Notes: generated from the letters alone by a model not told the origin. Positions 16,002 through 25,673 are shown, counted from the stretch's first letter. The stretch is 32,000 nucleotides of DNA from Nitrosococcus oceani ATCC 19707 (GCF_000012805.1 NC_007484.1:2700001-2732000), one strand, 5' to 3'. Translations and numbers: made by a program.

Positions 16002-17945
16002 TTATCTACCTACCGCGCCTAATAAAGTCTGAAACATGGTATCGGCGGTTGAGATCACCCGGGCGGCGGCTTGAAAAGCCTGCTGGAAGCGGATTAAATT
16101 CGCCGCTTCCTCTTCCAGGTTCACTCCCGATACCCCTTCTCTTGCTGCAACAGCTTGATCAAGTAAGGTTTTATGGGTATCCTGGTTTGCTTCCGCTTGG
16201 CGGGTGCGGGCGCCCACATCCGCCACCAAGCGACCATACTGCTCCTGGTAGGTCGTTGTACCGTCCTGAAAAACAGGCTTGGTTTGTAATCCAGCAAGGC
16301 TGAGGGCGTTACGGTTATCCCCAACGCCCCCTGTATTATTCTGGAGCATAAAGGTATCCCCATCCGCGGGAACTCCGGAAACCGTAAAATTCAGTCCCCC
16401 CACGCTGGGGAGATGAAATTCCTTGCCATTACTTTCGGTAGCCGGATCGAAATCCAGGGTCCCTCCTGGACCGCCGCTTACATTGAACTGCCGCGCTGCG
16501 GCGTCATAGGTCAAGGTCACCTCTCCATTAGACGGCAAGGGAAGGCCGGCAGTAGCGGTTACCGCAGCGGCTGAAACTTGCCCCGTGCCTCTGTTGCCAA
16601 GGTTTGCCTCGGTACGGATGGGTCCTGCGGCGGCAATGCGGGCAGAATCGGTAAGCATCACCCCAAACTGTTGCGCCGCCGCCCGGGTAGGCTGAATCAG
16701 ATAGCTATCGCCCCCATTAATGGAGCCAGAGGTTAAATTTAAGGTCAGCCCATCGACAGTTTCCGCGCTGCCGGGAAAGGTACTTAAGGAGAAAGCTTGA
16801 TTATCCGACAGCCGGGTCAGGGTAAACCCCGCCCCATTCCGGTCCAAGCGATAATCGCTATCGGTCAGCTTGCTGGCATCGTTAATAGCGATTTCGATAA
16901 CGCCATCGCCAGTATTATCAGCGCGTGGCAACGAAACCGCCGTATTGGAATCGATGGCAGCAAAAAAATCGCCACCGAGTTCTCCCTGAAGGTCCACCCC
17001 CAGGCGGTGCTGCTCGTTGAAGGATTGGGCGACTCCCACCGCTAGTTGCCCCAAAGCATTGCGGGAAGACGACAAAACTTCATCGCGGAAGCTCAACAGA
17101 GCCCCTAATTCACCGCCCTGAATAGAGTCAGAAATGGGGGCAACCCCGCCCTTGGCAGCATAACCCACTTCCAGGCGGGATGCCTCATAGGGGTTGGCCA
17201 AAGTGGTTAGGGAATGGCTGTGGTCTCCTGTTACCAGGGATTGCCCTTTACCAATAAAAACGTTGAGGCTGCCATCGTCCTGGGGAAGCACGGTGACCGC
17301 TGCTTTTTGGGAAAGATCTTGAATTAACTGATCCCGTTGATCCAGTAAATCGTTAGGCGGCTGGTTATTATTTTGCCCACGCAGGTCGCGGATTTGCTGA
17401 TTGAGCCCGGCAATGGAGGAAGAGAGCGTATTCACTTCCGCAACAGTATCGCGCAACCGGGTATTGACATCCTCGTCCAGTTCACCCAACCGGTCACCGA
17501 GAGAATGAACACGGGCCGCAAAGGCCCCACCCTCGGCAAGCAGCACCTGGCGTGCCGCCGAACTGGAGGGATCGTTTGCCAACTCCTGCGTGGCATTAAA
17601 AAATCGCTGCGAAGAAGCAGAGAGCCCCGTGTCAGAATCCGCAAAAAGATTATCTACCTGGGCTGCTAGATCATGGAAAACCTTGGATTGAGCATACTCC
17701 GAAGTGGAGTACCGCGCCTGCTCGGTCAGAAAAGAATCGTAGGCGCGGCGCACTGTGGTGACATCCACCCCGGTACCGATAAATCCCTGCCCGGTAAACT
17801 CGGGCAAGCGGGCAGCCAGTTCCGTCCGTTGCCGAGAAAAACCCGGCGTATTCACATTGGCAATATTATGACTAGTTGTGGCCAGGGCCCGCTGCGCGGC
17901 TAAAAGCCCGGAAGCACCTATTCCTAAAAGATCGCTTGATGCCAT
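16002..17945 (-). CDS. flgK: Flagellar hook-filament junction protein FlgK (HAP1)
   Basis: 647 aa. The N-terminus is LGIGASGLLAAQRALATTSHNIANVNTPGFSRQR and the C-terminus is EEEAANLIRFQQAFQAAARVISTADTMFQTLL. Confidence 0.95.
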   Translation of the reverse strand: MASSDLLGIGASGLLAAQRALATTSHNIANVNTPGFSRQRTELAARLPEFTGQGFIGTGVDVTTVRRAYDSFLTEQARYSTSEYAQSKVFHDLAAQVDNLFADSDTGLSASSQRFFNATQELANDPSSSAARQVLLAEGGAFAARVHSLGDRLGELDEDVNTRLRDTVAEVNTLSSSIAGLNQQIRDLRGQNNNQPPNDLLDQRDQLIQDLSQKAAVTVLPQDDGSLNVFIGKGQSLVTGDHSHSLTTLANPYEASRLEVGYAAKGGVAPISDSIQGGELGALLSFRDEVLSSSRNALGQLAVGVAQSFNEQHRLGVDLQGELGGDFFAAIDSNTAVSLPRADNTGDGVIEIAINDASKLTDSDYRLDRNGAGFTLTRLSDNQAFSLSTFPGSAETVDGLTLNLTSGSINGGDSYLIQPTRAAAQQFGVMLTDSARIAAAGPIRTEANLGNRGTGQVSAAAVTATAGLPLPSNGEVTLTYDAAARQFNVSGGPGGTLDFDPATESNGKEFHLPSVGGLNFTVSGVPADGDTFMLQNNTGGVGDNRNALSLAGLQTKPVFQDGTTTYQEQYGRLVADVGARTRQAEANQDTHKTLLDQAVAAREGVSGVNLEEEAANLIRFQQAFQAAARVISTADTMFQTLLGAVGR

Positions 17946-18001
17946 AAATAATAAGCTTCCTCTTACCCGTAACTTAACTCTGCGCCGTTTTCTTTTATCT
18001 A

Positions 18002-18979
18002 TTAACGGTCTTCTACCGCTATCCTTGACTTCTCCAAAGCCTGACTTAGAGTCCCGCCCTTGAAAACCCGCAGCACTTTGTCCGCATAGGCCGGATCGGT
18101 AGCATAGCCCGCCTCGGCTAGGGAGTGCATAAAGTCTATCGCGCTATGGGTTTGAGTGAGGGCGTGATGATAGCGGGGCTGTTGCCGCAGAAAAGCAACA
18201 TAATCGTTAAAACTCTGGTCAAAGGACTCATAAGCCCGAAAAGGAGCCTGCTCCCGCACCGCCACCCCTTGCCGGTATTCGAGGGTGCTGATCTGGGTTG
18301 CTGGACCCTGCCAGCGGCTGTCTGCTTTGATATTAAATAAGTTATGGCTGCTTCCTTGTGCCTCGGTGCGGATAATTTGCTTGCCCCAACCTGTTTCCAA
18401 TGCGGCCTGGGCCAGCAGCAGTCGAGGATCCAATCCCAGAGATTGGGCAGCTCGCTGGGCATGGGGCCAAAGGATTCGGACAAAATCCTCGGCTGTTTCA
18501 AAATGGGGAAGCGTCGGCAACGCCTCAGCCTCAACGGCGGATGGTTTTTCTATTTTTTCAAAACGGGAGAATGCCGGCAACGCATTGGGATCGATGGACG
18601 ATGGCTGTTCCATCTGACGGCGGGGAGGCGCAAAATTCTGGGTGGTGACAGGCAACTTCTCAGTGGCTGTCCCATTGCCTAATTGGGCGGCAATTCTATC
18701 CGCCAGCCCCAAACGCCCATGACGGGCGATTTCAAAAGCAATTTGCTGATCAAAAAGTCCCTGGTAGAAATCGACTTGCTTATTATCCAGCACCCCACCT
18801 CCCTGGCCCGCTTCCCGCATGCTCTTTAGCATGGTCTGGATCAAAAAGGACTCAAACTGAGTCCCAACCCGGCGCAGGGTGTCCGGGTCCGTGGGGTCTT
18901 GCCGGGCGGTTTGACGAAGCTCGGCAAAGCCATTCTTGGAATAGCCATAAAAGGGCAAAAGCGCAGACGATTGAACCAT
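18002..18979 (-). CDS. flgJ: Flagellar rod assembly protein / peptidoglycan hydrolase FlgJ
   Basis: 325 aa. It has an N-terminal rod-binding domain (VGTQFESFLIQTMLKSMREA) and a C-terminal glucosaminidase-like domain (LLLAQAALETGWGK ... HNLFNIK ... FRAYESFDQSFNDYVAFL). Confidence 0.93.
   Translation of the reverse strand: MVQSSALLPFYGYSKNGFAELRQTARQDPTDPDTLRRVGTQFESFLIQTMLKSMREAGQGGGVLDNKQVDFYQGLFDQQIAFEIARHGRLGLADRIAAQLGNGTATEKLPVTTQNFAPPRRQMEQPSSIDPNALPAFSRFEKIEKPSAVEAEALPTLPHFETAEDFVRILWPHAQRAAQSLGLDPRLLLAQAALETGWGKQIIRTEAQGSSHNLFNIKADSRWQGPATQISTLEYRQGVAVREQAPFRAYESFDQSFNDYVAFLRQQPRYHHALTQTHSAIDFMHSLAEAGYATDPAYADKVLRVFKGGTLSQALEKSRIAVEDR
18497..18586 (-). repeat. Imperfect tandem duplication (60-bp period) in the FlgJ inter-domain linker
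   Basis: TTCAAAATGGGGAAGCGTCGGCAACGCCTC (18497-18526) matches TTCAAAACGGGAGAATGCCGGCAACGCATT (18557-18586) at about 22 of 30 positions. At protein level these encode ALPAFSRFE and ALPTLPHFE, 20 aa apart. Confidence 0.6.
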
Positions 18980-19015
18980 ACAATTAGGGACTAAATATTT
19001 TTTTATCCGTTATTT

Positions 19016-20119
19016 TTACAATACCACTAGCTCCGCGCTTAAGGCGCCTACTTGCTTGAGTGCTTCCAGAATCGCTACTAAATCCCCTGGTGCGGCCCCG
19101 ACCTGATTGACCGCACGCACAATCTCACCAAGAGATACGCCAGGGGCAAATAGAAACATCCGACTCCCTTCTTCTTGTATATCGATATCCGTACGGGGAA
19201 CCACCGCCGTCTGCCCGCCAGAGAGGGGTGGAGGCTGGCTGATTGCCGGATTCGCGGTAATAGTCACAGTAAGACGACCATGGGAGACCGCTGCTGGCTG
19301 GACCCGCACATGCTGACCGATCACCACGGTCCCCGTGCGGGAATTGATAACTATCTTCGCTGGGGCTTCGCCCGGGTCTACCTCCAGATTTTCCAGCAGG
19401 GAAACGAAGCTAACCCGCTGGGCTGGCACGGCAGGCGCATTCACCTGGATCGAGGCTCCATCCAGGGGACGAGCGGTACCAGCGCCTATCGCGCTATTGA
19501 TGGCAGCGGCCACCCGGTTAGCCGTAGTAAAATCCGCAGCGTGAAGATTAAGAATGATGGGACCGCCATTGTTAAATGGGTTCGGTACCCCCCGCTCCAC
19601 CGTGGCTCCGTTAGGAATTCGTCCAGTACTCGGAATATTAACAGTCACCCGCGAGCCATCATTTCCCTCGGCGCCAAAACCACCCACGATAAGATTGCCT
19701 TGTGCCATGGCATAAACCCGGCCATCGGCACCTTTTAGGGGAGTCAGCAGGAGGCTACCCCCACGCAAACTTTTAGCATTACCTAGCGAGGAAACGGTAA
19801 TGTCAATACTCTGGCCCGGTTTGGCAAAGGGAGGCAGTTGGGCATGGATGGAAACCGCCGCCACGTTTTTAGGCTGGAGGTTAACACCTGGTGGCATAAT
19901 GATCCCAAATTCCCGTAACATATTCCTGAGACTCTGGCGTGTATAGGAAATCTGGGTCACTTGATCGCCGGTACCACTTAGCCCTACCACCAGCCCATAA
20001 CCCACCAGTTGGTTGCTGCGAACGCCAGCGATGGCCGCCAGGTCCTTTACCCGCTCAGCTTGAACTCCCTGGCTTAACCACAGCAAGGTGATGATGAAAA
20101 AGGTCTGAATAATTTTCAC
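19016..20119 (-). CDS. flgI: Flagellar P-ring protein FlgI
   Basis: 367 aa. It has a Sec signal peptide ([19 protein letters not shown]), then [21 protein letters not shown] and a conserved C-terminus [19 protein letters not shown]. The start codon is GTG. Confidence 0.95.
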   Translation of the reverse strand: MKIIQTFFIITLLWLSQGVQAERVKDLAAIAGVRSNQLVGYGLVVGLSGTGDQVTQISYTRQSLRNMLREFGIIMPPGVNLQPKNVAAVSIHAQLPPFAKPGQSIDITVSSLGNAKSLRGGSLLLTPLKGADGRVYAMAQGNLIVGGFGAEGNDGSRVTVNIPSTGRIPNGATVERGVPNPFNNGGPIILNLHAADFTTANRVAAAINSAIGAGTARPLDGASIQVNAPAVPAQRVSFVSLLENLEVDPGEAPAKIVINSRTGTVVIGQHVRVQPAAVSHGRLTVTITANPAISQPPPLSGGQTAVVPRTDIDIQEEGSRMFLFAPGVSLGEIVRAVNQVGAAPGDLVAILEALKQVGALSAELVVL

Positions 20120-20144
20120 AATTTACCGTCTACCTTTCTTTGAA

Positions 20145-20160
20145 ATTCTCCATGGAGAAT
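20145..20160. repeat. Perfect 16-bp palindrome ATTCTCCATGGAGAAT in the flgH-flgI spacer
   Basis: Read directly from the sequence, 26-41 nt upstream of the flgI GTG. A third copy of the half-site (AATTCTCCA) occurs at 20235-20243. Confidence 0.9.
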
Positions 20161-20321
20161 GAACGCCCCCTAGCGAGAGCGCGAGGAGCGGTAAAAACCC
20201 CAAGACCGAGGTCATACCTCCGTCGAGGACCGCGAATTCTCCAGGCGGATGAAGCTTTGTAGGAATAAACCTGCTATCAGTCATGGCGGAGTCAGGAGCG
20301 CTCTGGCAATAGAATAGCCCC

Positions 20322-21026
20322 TTAAAAGGGCATAAATCTGCTAAAGAAAAACCGGCTCAGCCAACCCATACGGTTGGCCTCATGGGTGGCTCCATCGCCC
20401 ACATAGGCGAGGCGGGCATCGGCAAGCTTCAGGGAAGACACGGTGTTGTCCGGCTTGATATCCCGACGGTTGACGATGCCTGAAATTTTAATATACTCAT
20501 TTCCATGGTTGATGGTAACCACCTTCTCACCCCGGATAACGAGGTTGCCATTAGGCAAAACCTCAGCCACGGTGACGGTAATATGGCCGTTTAGGCGGTT
20601 ATTTTGACTGCTATCCCCACCGCCGGAGAACGCCCCTTTAGCCTTGACCGCCATTTCCAAGGAATTATCCTGGTTGCTCGCTAAAGGAAGCCAGTTAGGG
20701 GTATTGAATTGGACACCGGAGCCCAGTAGGGTAGGGTTAGTCAAAGAATAACTGGTGTCCCTGTCAATAGCTGTATCGCTTCCTTTCTCCGCATCGGTGC
20801 GCTCTTCCAGAACAACGGTTATCACATCACCAATCTGCCGTGCCCGATAATCAGTAAACAATGAGATCTCATAGCCGGCGTGATAAATTGCTCCATTGTT
20901 AGGCTGAGGCGGTGGGGTGGCCACAGGCCGGGTTGCCGCAAAGCTAGGGTCCGGAGGAGGTAGTTGAGCAGCACAACCGGTAATAAAAAAACCTGCTATA
21001 CCAAGCACGATTTTTTTTATATTCAT
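20322..21026 (-). CDS. flgH: Flagellar L-ring lipoprotein FlgH
   Basis: I chose the ATG at 21026 because [21 protein letters not shown] is a lipoprotein signal peptide with lipobox ITGC. The FlgH core is present ([16 protein letters not shown] ... [20 protein letters not shown] ... [10 protein letters not shown]). The track start at 21104 adds 26 aa and overlaps flgG. Confidence 0.93.
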
Positions 21027-21069
21027 ACCCGAAATACCGCTGATTTTAGCGCCTCCTGGAGGTATGGTT

Positions 21070-21855
21070 TTAAAGAGTTTGGGTTGCAAACCGGAGCATC
21101 TCATCCGTGCTGGAAATAGCTTTAGAATTCATTTCATAGGCCCGCTGAGTCTCAATCATATTGACCAATTCTTCCACCACATTGACATTAGCTCCTTCCA
21201 AGGCCCCTTGCACTAGGGTGCCAATACCGTTAAGTCCCGGTATCCCAGTTTGAGCGACTCCGCTGGAAGCGGTTTCCTTGAATAAATTGTTGCCGGTAGG
21301 TTGCAGCCCCGCTGGGTTAATAAAATCAGCCAATTGGAGATTTCCCGCCTGGATAGGCGTGCCATCTCCCGCCATCAATACCGAAACAATACCATCAGAG
21401 CCAACGGTAACGGAGAGCGCGCTCTCTGGAATCGTGATCCCCGGCTGCACAGGATAACCGCTAGAGGTGACTAATTGGCCATTAGCGTCTATCTGGAAAG
21501 TGCCATCCCGAGTGTACGCCAAACTTCCATCAGGCATTAGAATCTGAAAAAAACCTCGCCCCTGAATAGCCATATCCAAAGAATTCCCCGTCTGGGTCAA
21601 TCCCCCTTGGGTAAAAAGTTTCTCGGTCGCCACAGTGCGCACGCCCGTACCCAACATTAACCCTGAAGGCAGTAGCGTATTCTGAGAGGATTGGGCGCCT
21701 GGCTGACGCACCGTCTGATAAAGAAGATCCTCAAATACTGCCCGATCACGCTTGAAGCCGGTAGTATTGACATTGGCGAGATTATTGGAAATAGTCGCCA
21801 TCCTTGTCTGCTGCGCATCCAGGCCCGTCTTGGCAATCCATAAAGCTTGATTCAT
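21070..21855 (-). CDS. flgG: Flagellar distal rod protein FlgG
   Basis: 261 aa. [44 protein letters not shown] ... [31 protein letters not shown] is a near-canonical FlgG sequence. Confidence 0.97.
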
Positions 21856-21885
21856 TGCTTGTTTCTCCTTAGTACCTGTCCTGAC

Positions 21886-22626
21886 TTAACCCATCCGCAG
21901 CATTTGCGCCGAAGCAGTATCCAGATCCTCAGCAGTTTTCATCATTTTAGTTTGCATTTCATACTGGCGGGCGAGAGCAATCATCTCCACCAGGGCATCC
22001 ACTCCACTGACATTACTGGATTCCAGCTTTCCTGAAACCAACGAGACCAGGGCATCCGCTGGGGCTTTCTCACCATTTATCATAGTGATGAGACCATCCT
22101 CGCCTTTTTGCAACTGGTCTAGGGGGGGATTGACTAGTTTAATGCGATCAAGCACAGCCAAAGTATTAGCCGCTTGACCTAGGGGGCGAATAGAGAGGGT
22201 GCCATCGGCACCAATTTCTATTTTTTGCGCTGGTGGAATCGCTATTATTCCTCCTTCCCCCAGAACCGGGTGACCCGCCCCGGTAGTCAGTATCCCGTTG
22301 CTAGTAATTTTAAGATTGCCGGCCCGGGTATAGGCTTCCCCTCCTGTCGGAGATTGCACTGCAAGCCACCCTTCCCCCTGCACGACTACATCCAGCTCAC
22401 GTCCGGTGCTTTGGAGCGGTCCCGGCGTAAAATCCACGCCTGGCCGCTCGGCCATGGCATAAACCCGAGTAGGATGGCCTTCGCCAAACACAGGCATGCT
22501 TCTAAACTGAGATAAATCGGCTTGAAATCCTGTGGTATTGAGATTAGCCAAATTATGGTTATTGGCAGCGGTAGCCCGCATAATTTGTTGGGCGCCCGTC
22601 ATTGCAACATAAAGCATTCGATCCAT
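21886..22626 (-). CDS. flgF: Flagellar proximal rod protein FlgF
   Basis: 246 aa. It has MDRMLYVAMTGAQQIMRATAANNHNLANLNTTGFQADL and the C-terminal LESSNVSGVDALVEMIALARQYEMQTKMM. Confidence 0.93.
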   Translation of the reverse strand: MDRMLYVAMTGAQQIMRATAANNHNLANLNTTGFQADLSQFRSMPVFGEGHPTRVYAMAERPGVDFTPGPLQSTGRELDVVVQGEGWLAVQSPTGGEAYTRAGNLKITSNGILTTGAGHPVLGEGGIIAIPPAQKIEIGADGTLSIRPLGQAANTLAVLDRIKLVNPPLDQLQKGEDGLITMINGEKAPADALVSLVSGKLESSNVSGVDALVEMIALARQYEMQTKMMKTAEDLDTASAQMLRMG

Positions 22627-22652
22627 CTTTGTTAACCGCCTGTGCTTAGCCT

Positions 22653-23930
22653 TTAACGAATATTGATAATCGTATCAGTAACAGTGCTAGCTGTTTCGAT
22701 AGCCTTTGCATTGGCCTGAAAATTACGCTGCGCGGTAATCAAATGCACCAACTCCGCAGTGAGATCCACGTTGGAGCTTTCCAGGGCTCCCGTTTGGATC
22801 AAACCAAAGCTACCGACCCCCGCCTCTCCCGCCAAGGCGGTCCCCGAACTTACTGTTTCTGCCCAAGCATTGTTTCCCAATTGGCGCAAGCCCTGCTCAT
22901 TAGGAAACTGAGCCAAGGCAATCTTACCTAGCGTGGAATTTTGCCCGTTGCTATAATTAGCCTGAATAATGCCTGTATTGCTGATATCCAGGCCGGTAAG
23001 ACGACCCGACGTAAAACCGTCCTGGTTTAGGACCGCCACATTAAATGGCGAAGCAACTTGAGTCGTATTATTAGCCGCAAAATCCAACCTCATAGCTATA
23101 TCGTTCGCCCCATTATTGAGGGCGAGGGGATCGGTTATCAGAGGATCCGGAACTGACCCGGTAAGAATACCCGTTGCGTCAAAGTTGAGGGTTCCATACT
23201 GGATCCCACCGGCACCAGCGGTTCCTCCATTGATATTAGCGAGGGTACCATCCAGGGAATGATAAACGGCCCATTGGTTAATACCATTGGTATCCTTGAG
23301 GAAATATAAAGTCGAGATATGACTATTGCCTAAGGAATCATAAACCGTTTCTGAAGTAGAGGCAGTATAGGTACTGGCATCTAAAAGATCCAAACTGGCC
23401 GGGTCAAGGGCAGCGGCATCGGAAGGTAAATTGGCCCCAATACTGACTTGGGAAGTTGCCTGGGGGGTGCCTGCCGAGGTAGGAAGTCGCAATGGATGGG
23501 AATTACTCAAACTAGCAGCGGTGGCGGTGCCATTTGCATTAGTGGGAAAAGTCCGCAAGTATTGGCCCGAACTATTCACTACATAACCTTCCTTATCGAC
23601 ACTAAAGGCGCCTGCCCGGGAATAAACTAGATCATCGCTATTTAAACTGGGCGACAAGGCAAAAAGTCCCCGGCCGCTGATAGCCAGATCCAGAGAGTTT
23701 TGAGTAAAATCCAAGTTACCCTGCTCAAACTGCTGGGCCGTTTTATTGAGCAAAACCCCGCTACCCACCGCTGTCTGGGAGCGACCAAAAGACGAAACGG
23801 CAAAGATATCCGCGAACTCACCCCGGGACCGCTTAAAACCTGTGGTACTCGCGTTAGCAATATTGTTAGCGGTTATATCCAAATCAGACGATGCGGCATT
23901 CAGACCACTAAGCGAAGTATTAAACGCCAT
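22653..23930 (-). CDS. flgE: Flagellar hook protein FlgE
   Basis: 425 aa. It has MAFNTSLSGLNAASSDLDITANNIANASTTGFK and the C-terminal LESSNVDLTAELVHLITAQRNFQANAKAIETASTV. Confidence 0.95.
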   Translation of the reverse strand: MAFNTSLSGLNAASSDLDITANNIANASTTGFKRSRGEFADIFAVSSFGRSQTAVGSGVLLNKTAQQFEQGNLDFTQNSLDLAISGRGLFALSPSLNSDDLVYSRAGAFSVDKEGYVVNSSGQYLRTFPTNANGTATAASLSNSHPLRLPTSAGTPQATSQVSIGANLPSDAAALDPASLDLLDASTYTASTSETVYDSLGNSHISTLYFLKDTNGINQWAVYHSLDGTLANINGGTAGAGGIQYGTLNFDATGILTGSVPDPLITDPLALNNGANDIAMRLDFAANNTTQVASPFNVAVLNQDGFTSGRLTGLDISNTGIIQANYSNGQNSTLGKIALAQFPNEQGLRQLGNNAWAETVSSGTALAGEAGVGSFGLIQTGALESSNVDLTAELVHLITAQRNFQANAKAIETASTVTDTIINIR

Positions 23931-23953
23931 AAAATTTCTCCTTGACCAAGACT

Positions 23954-24634
23954 CTATAAAATTTGTTTAATCTGACTAAAAGGTACCGAGCCCTGCCCGG
24001 CTAAATTGAGGGTCAATCCCTCGCTGCCTTCTCCGATAACCACGCTGTCCACTCGGACCGCTGCAAAAGTCGGAAAGCCTTGCGCGCCTCCCTCAGTTAC
24101 TCCTTCCACCTTAAACTGATAACGTCCCGGGGTTGCGGGAGTACCATCTTCCTTGAACCCATCCCAAGTAAACTGCACCGTTCCCGTTTGGTCAGCCCCC
24201 AAATCCACGGTTCTGACCAACTGCCCTGCTTGATCAAAGATTTTCAGTTGTGGACTGGCCACACCTGAAGGGAGTTCTACCGCCCCCCGAATTGAACCAC
24301 CCGCTTCCAGGGAACTTTCCGCTGAGGGCACCAGCACCGAGCGGCCCACCAATCCCGATGCCTGTAGCGCCTGGTTGGATTGCAGGGAGCCACTGACTTC
24401 TTGAAAAGAAGCTTGCAAATCCTGGATGCCTTTTACCGTTCCAAACTGGGCTACCTGACTAAGAAAGGTACTATTATCCATAGGCTCAAAAGGGTCCTGA
24501 TTACTAAGTTGGGCCGTCATCAATTTCAAAAATTGCTCCAGCCCCAGCTCAGTGTTTTGTGCTTTTTTATCCGGCGGGCGGACTAAACCTAAATCTTTAT
24601 AAATCTCTGAACTGGAAGGGGTCGCAGTCACCAT
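23954..24634 (-). CDS. flgD: Flagellar hook capping/assembly protein FlgD
   Basis: 226 aa. It has FLKLMTAQLSNQDPFEPMDNSTFLSQVAQFGTV (FlgD N-domain) and a C-terminal Ig/tudor-like beta region. Confidence 0.93.
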   Translation of the reverse strand: MVTATPSSSEIYKDLGLVRPPDKKAQNTELGLEQFLKLMTAQLSNQDPFEPMDNSTFLSQVAQFGTVKGIQDLQASFQEVSGSLQSNQALQASGLVGRSVLVPSAESSLEAGGSIRGAVELPSGVASPQLKIFDQAGQLVRTVDLGADQTGTVQFTWDGFKEDGTPATPGRYQFKVEGVTEGGAQGFPTFAAVRVDSVVIGEGSEGLTLNLAGQGSVPFSQIKQIL

Positions 24635-24654
24635 TATGCTGTTTTCCTTGTAAA

Positions 24655-25068
24655 CTATTCGCCCAATTGCAGGGTACGCAGAAGCAATTGTTTAGATGTA
24701 TTGGCCATTTCCACGTTGTTCTCATAATTGCGGGAAGCGGAAATCATATTGGCCATTTCCTCAATAGAATTGACGTTAGGGTGGAAAATATAACCAGCTT
24801 CATTGGCCATGGGATGATCCGGAGCATATTCTTGCTGCAGCGGCGCGCCACTCTCCACCACGCCTAATACTTGAACTCCGCCCGCAGGTGCTTCCGGGTT
24901 AAACTTGTCCAGCAAAGTTGCGAATACCGGCTGGCGGGCCCGATAAGTCTGATCAATGCTGCTGCTTACACTATCAGCATTAGCCAGATTGCTGGCAGTG
25001 GTATTGAGTCGCAGGGTTTGAGCGCTCATGGCGGTCCCCGCAATATCAAAGACTTTAAACAACGACAT
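24655..25068 (-). CDS. flgC: Flagellar proximal rod protein FlgC
   Basis: 137 aa. It has FDIAGTAMSAQTLRLNTTASNLANADS and VNSIEEMANMISASRNYENNVE. Confidence 0.95.
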   Translation of the reverse strand: MSLFKVFDIAGTAMSAQTLRLNTTASNLANADSVSSSIDQTYRARQPVFATLLDKFNPEAPAGGVQVLGVVESGAPLQQEYAPDHPMANEAGYIFHPNVNSIEEMANMISASRNYENNVEMANTSKQLLLRTLQLGE

Positions 25069-25071
25069 TGC

Positions 25072-25467
25072 CTATTCTCCCCTCAGGGCCGATAATAGCC
25101 CTTTAAATTTGCCGCTTAGAAAATGGAGGCTGGCTTGATATTGGAGCGCATTCTGCATGAATTCGCTGTGCTCCACTTGGCTATCCACCGTGTTACCATC
25201 AAGGGAAGCCTGCTGGGGGATGCGGTAAAGCGCTTCGCCACCGGGGAACTGTCCTAAGGAATGGGATACGTGCCCAGCATGGGTTGCCTGGAGCGGCAAT
25301 CCCTGTCCCTGCGCTTGTTGCAAAGCCGCCTTAAAATCAATATCCCGAGCTTTATAGCCAGGAGTATCTCCATTAGCAAGATTAGCCGCCAATACCTCGG
25401 CGCGCCGGGATCCGAGAGTCACAGCTTGGGGATAAATTCCCAATGCCGAATCAAAGGAAATAGACAT
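25072..25467 (-). CDS. flgB: Flagellar proximal rod protein FlgB
   Basis: I chose the ATG at 25467, which has a GGAG Shine-Dalgarno sequence 7 nt upstream and gives MSISFDSALGIYPQAVTLGSRRAEVLAANLANGDTPGYKARD. The track start (GTG 25518) lies inside the sigma54 promoter and is unlikely to be used. Confidence 0.93.
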   Translation of the reverse strand: MSISFDSALGIYPQAVTLGSRRAEVLAANLANGDTPGYKARDIDFKAALQQAQGQGLPLQATHAGHVSHSLGQFPGGEALYRIPQQASLDGNTVDSQVEHSEFMQNALQYQASLHFLSGKFKGLLSALRGE

Positions 25468-25510
25468 AGTGTACTCCAATCGCTTAACGAGCTTGATTGC
25501 TTTAAGAGCA

Positions 25511-25526
25511 TGCAACACCTATGCCA
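25511..25526 (-). promoter_or_regulatory. Sigma54 (RpoN) -24/-12 promoter of the flgB operon
   Basis: The minus strand reads TGGCAT-AGGTG-TTGCA against the consensus TGGCAC-N5-TTGCA, with one mismatch and exact spacing. The predicted transcription start is near 25500, about 33 nt upstream of the flgB ATG at 25467. Confidence 0.8.
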
Positions 25527-25673
25527 TTAATAATAAATTATTTTAAATCAACTACATATTCAAAATTAACGCTCCTATATGCAAGCATACGCCGGCAAAT
25601 AACCGCCGCTTGCGGCAATTAGATTGATGAAGGTTTTGTCTAGCTACAGGATCATATGGCAGGGAATAACGGC

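Noticed and set aside
19175-19738. A 187-aa plus-strand ORF antisense to flgI. Similar antisense or alternate-frame ORFs occur inside fliF (3597-4013), fleR (5924-6331), flgL (14922-15392), flgJ (18136-18534) and clpB (29589-29978).
   Set aside because: All are embedded in strongly recognisable conserved genes and have no recognisable motifs. They are most simply explained as chance open frames in roughly 50 percent GC coding DNA.
21027-21104. N-terminal 26-aa extension of FlgH in the ORF track ([26 protein letters not shown])
   Set aside because: The internal Met begins a textbook lipoprotein signal peptide with a lipobox. The extension would overlap the flgG 3-prime end and would bury the signal peptide.
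25580-25595. Second sigma54-like element upstream of flgB (minus strand CCGGCGTATGCTTGCA)
   Set aside because: The GG to GC spacing is one nucleotide too short, and sigma54 promoters do not tolerate spacing changes. The correctly spaced TGGCAT-N5-TTGCA at 25511-25526 explains the operon.
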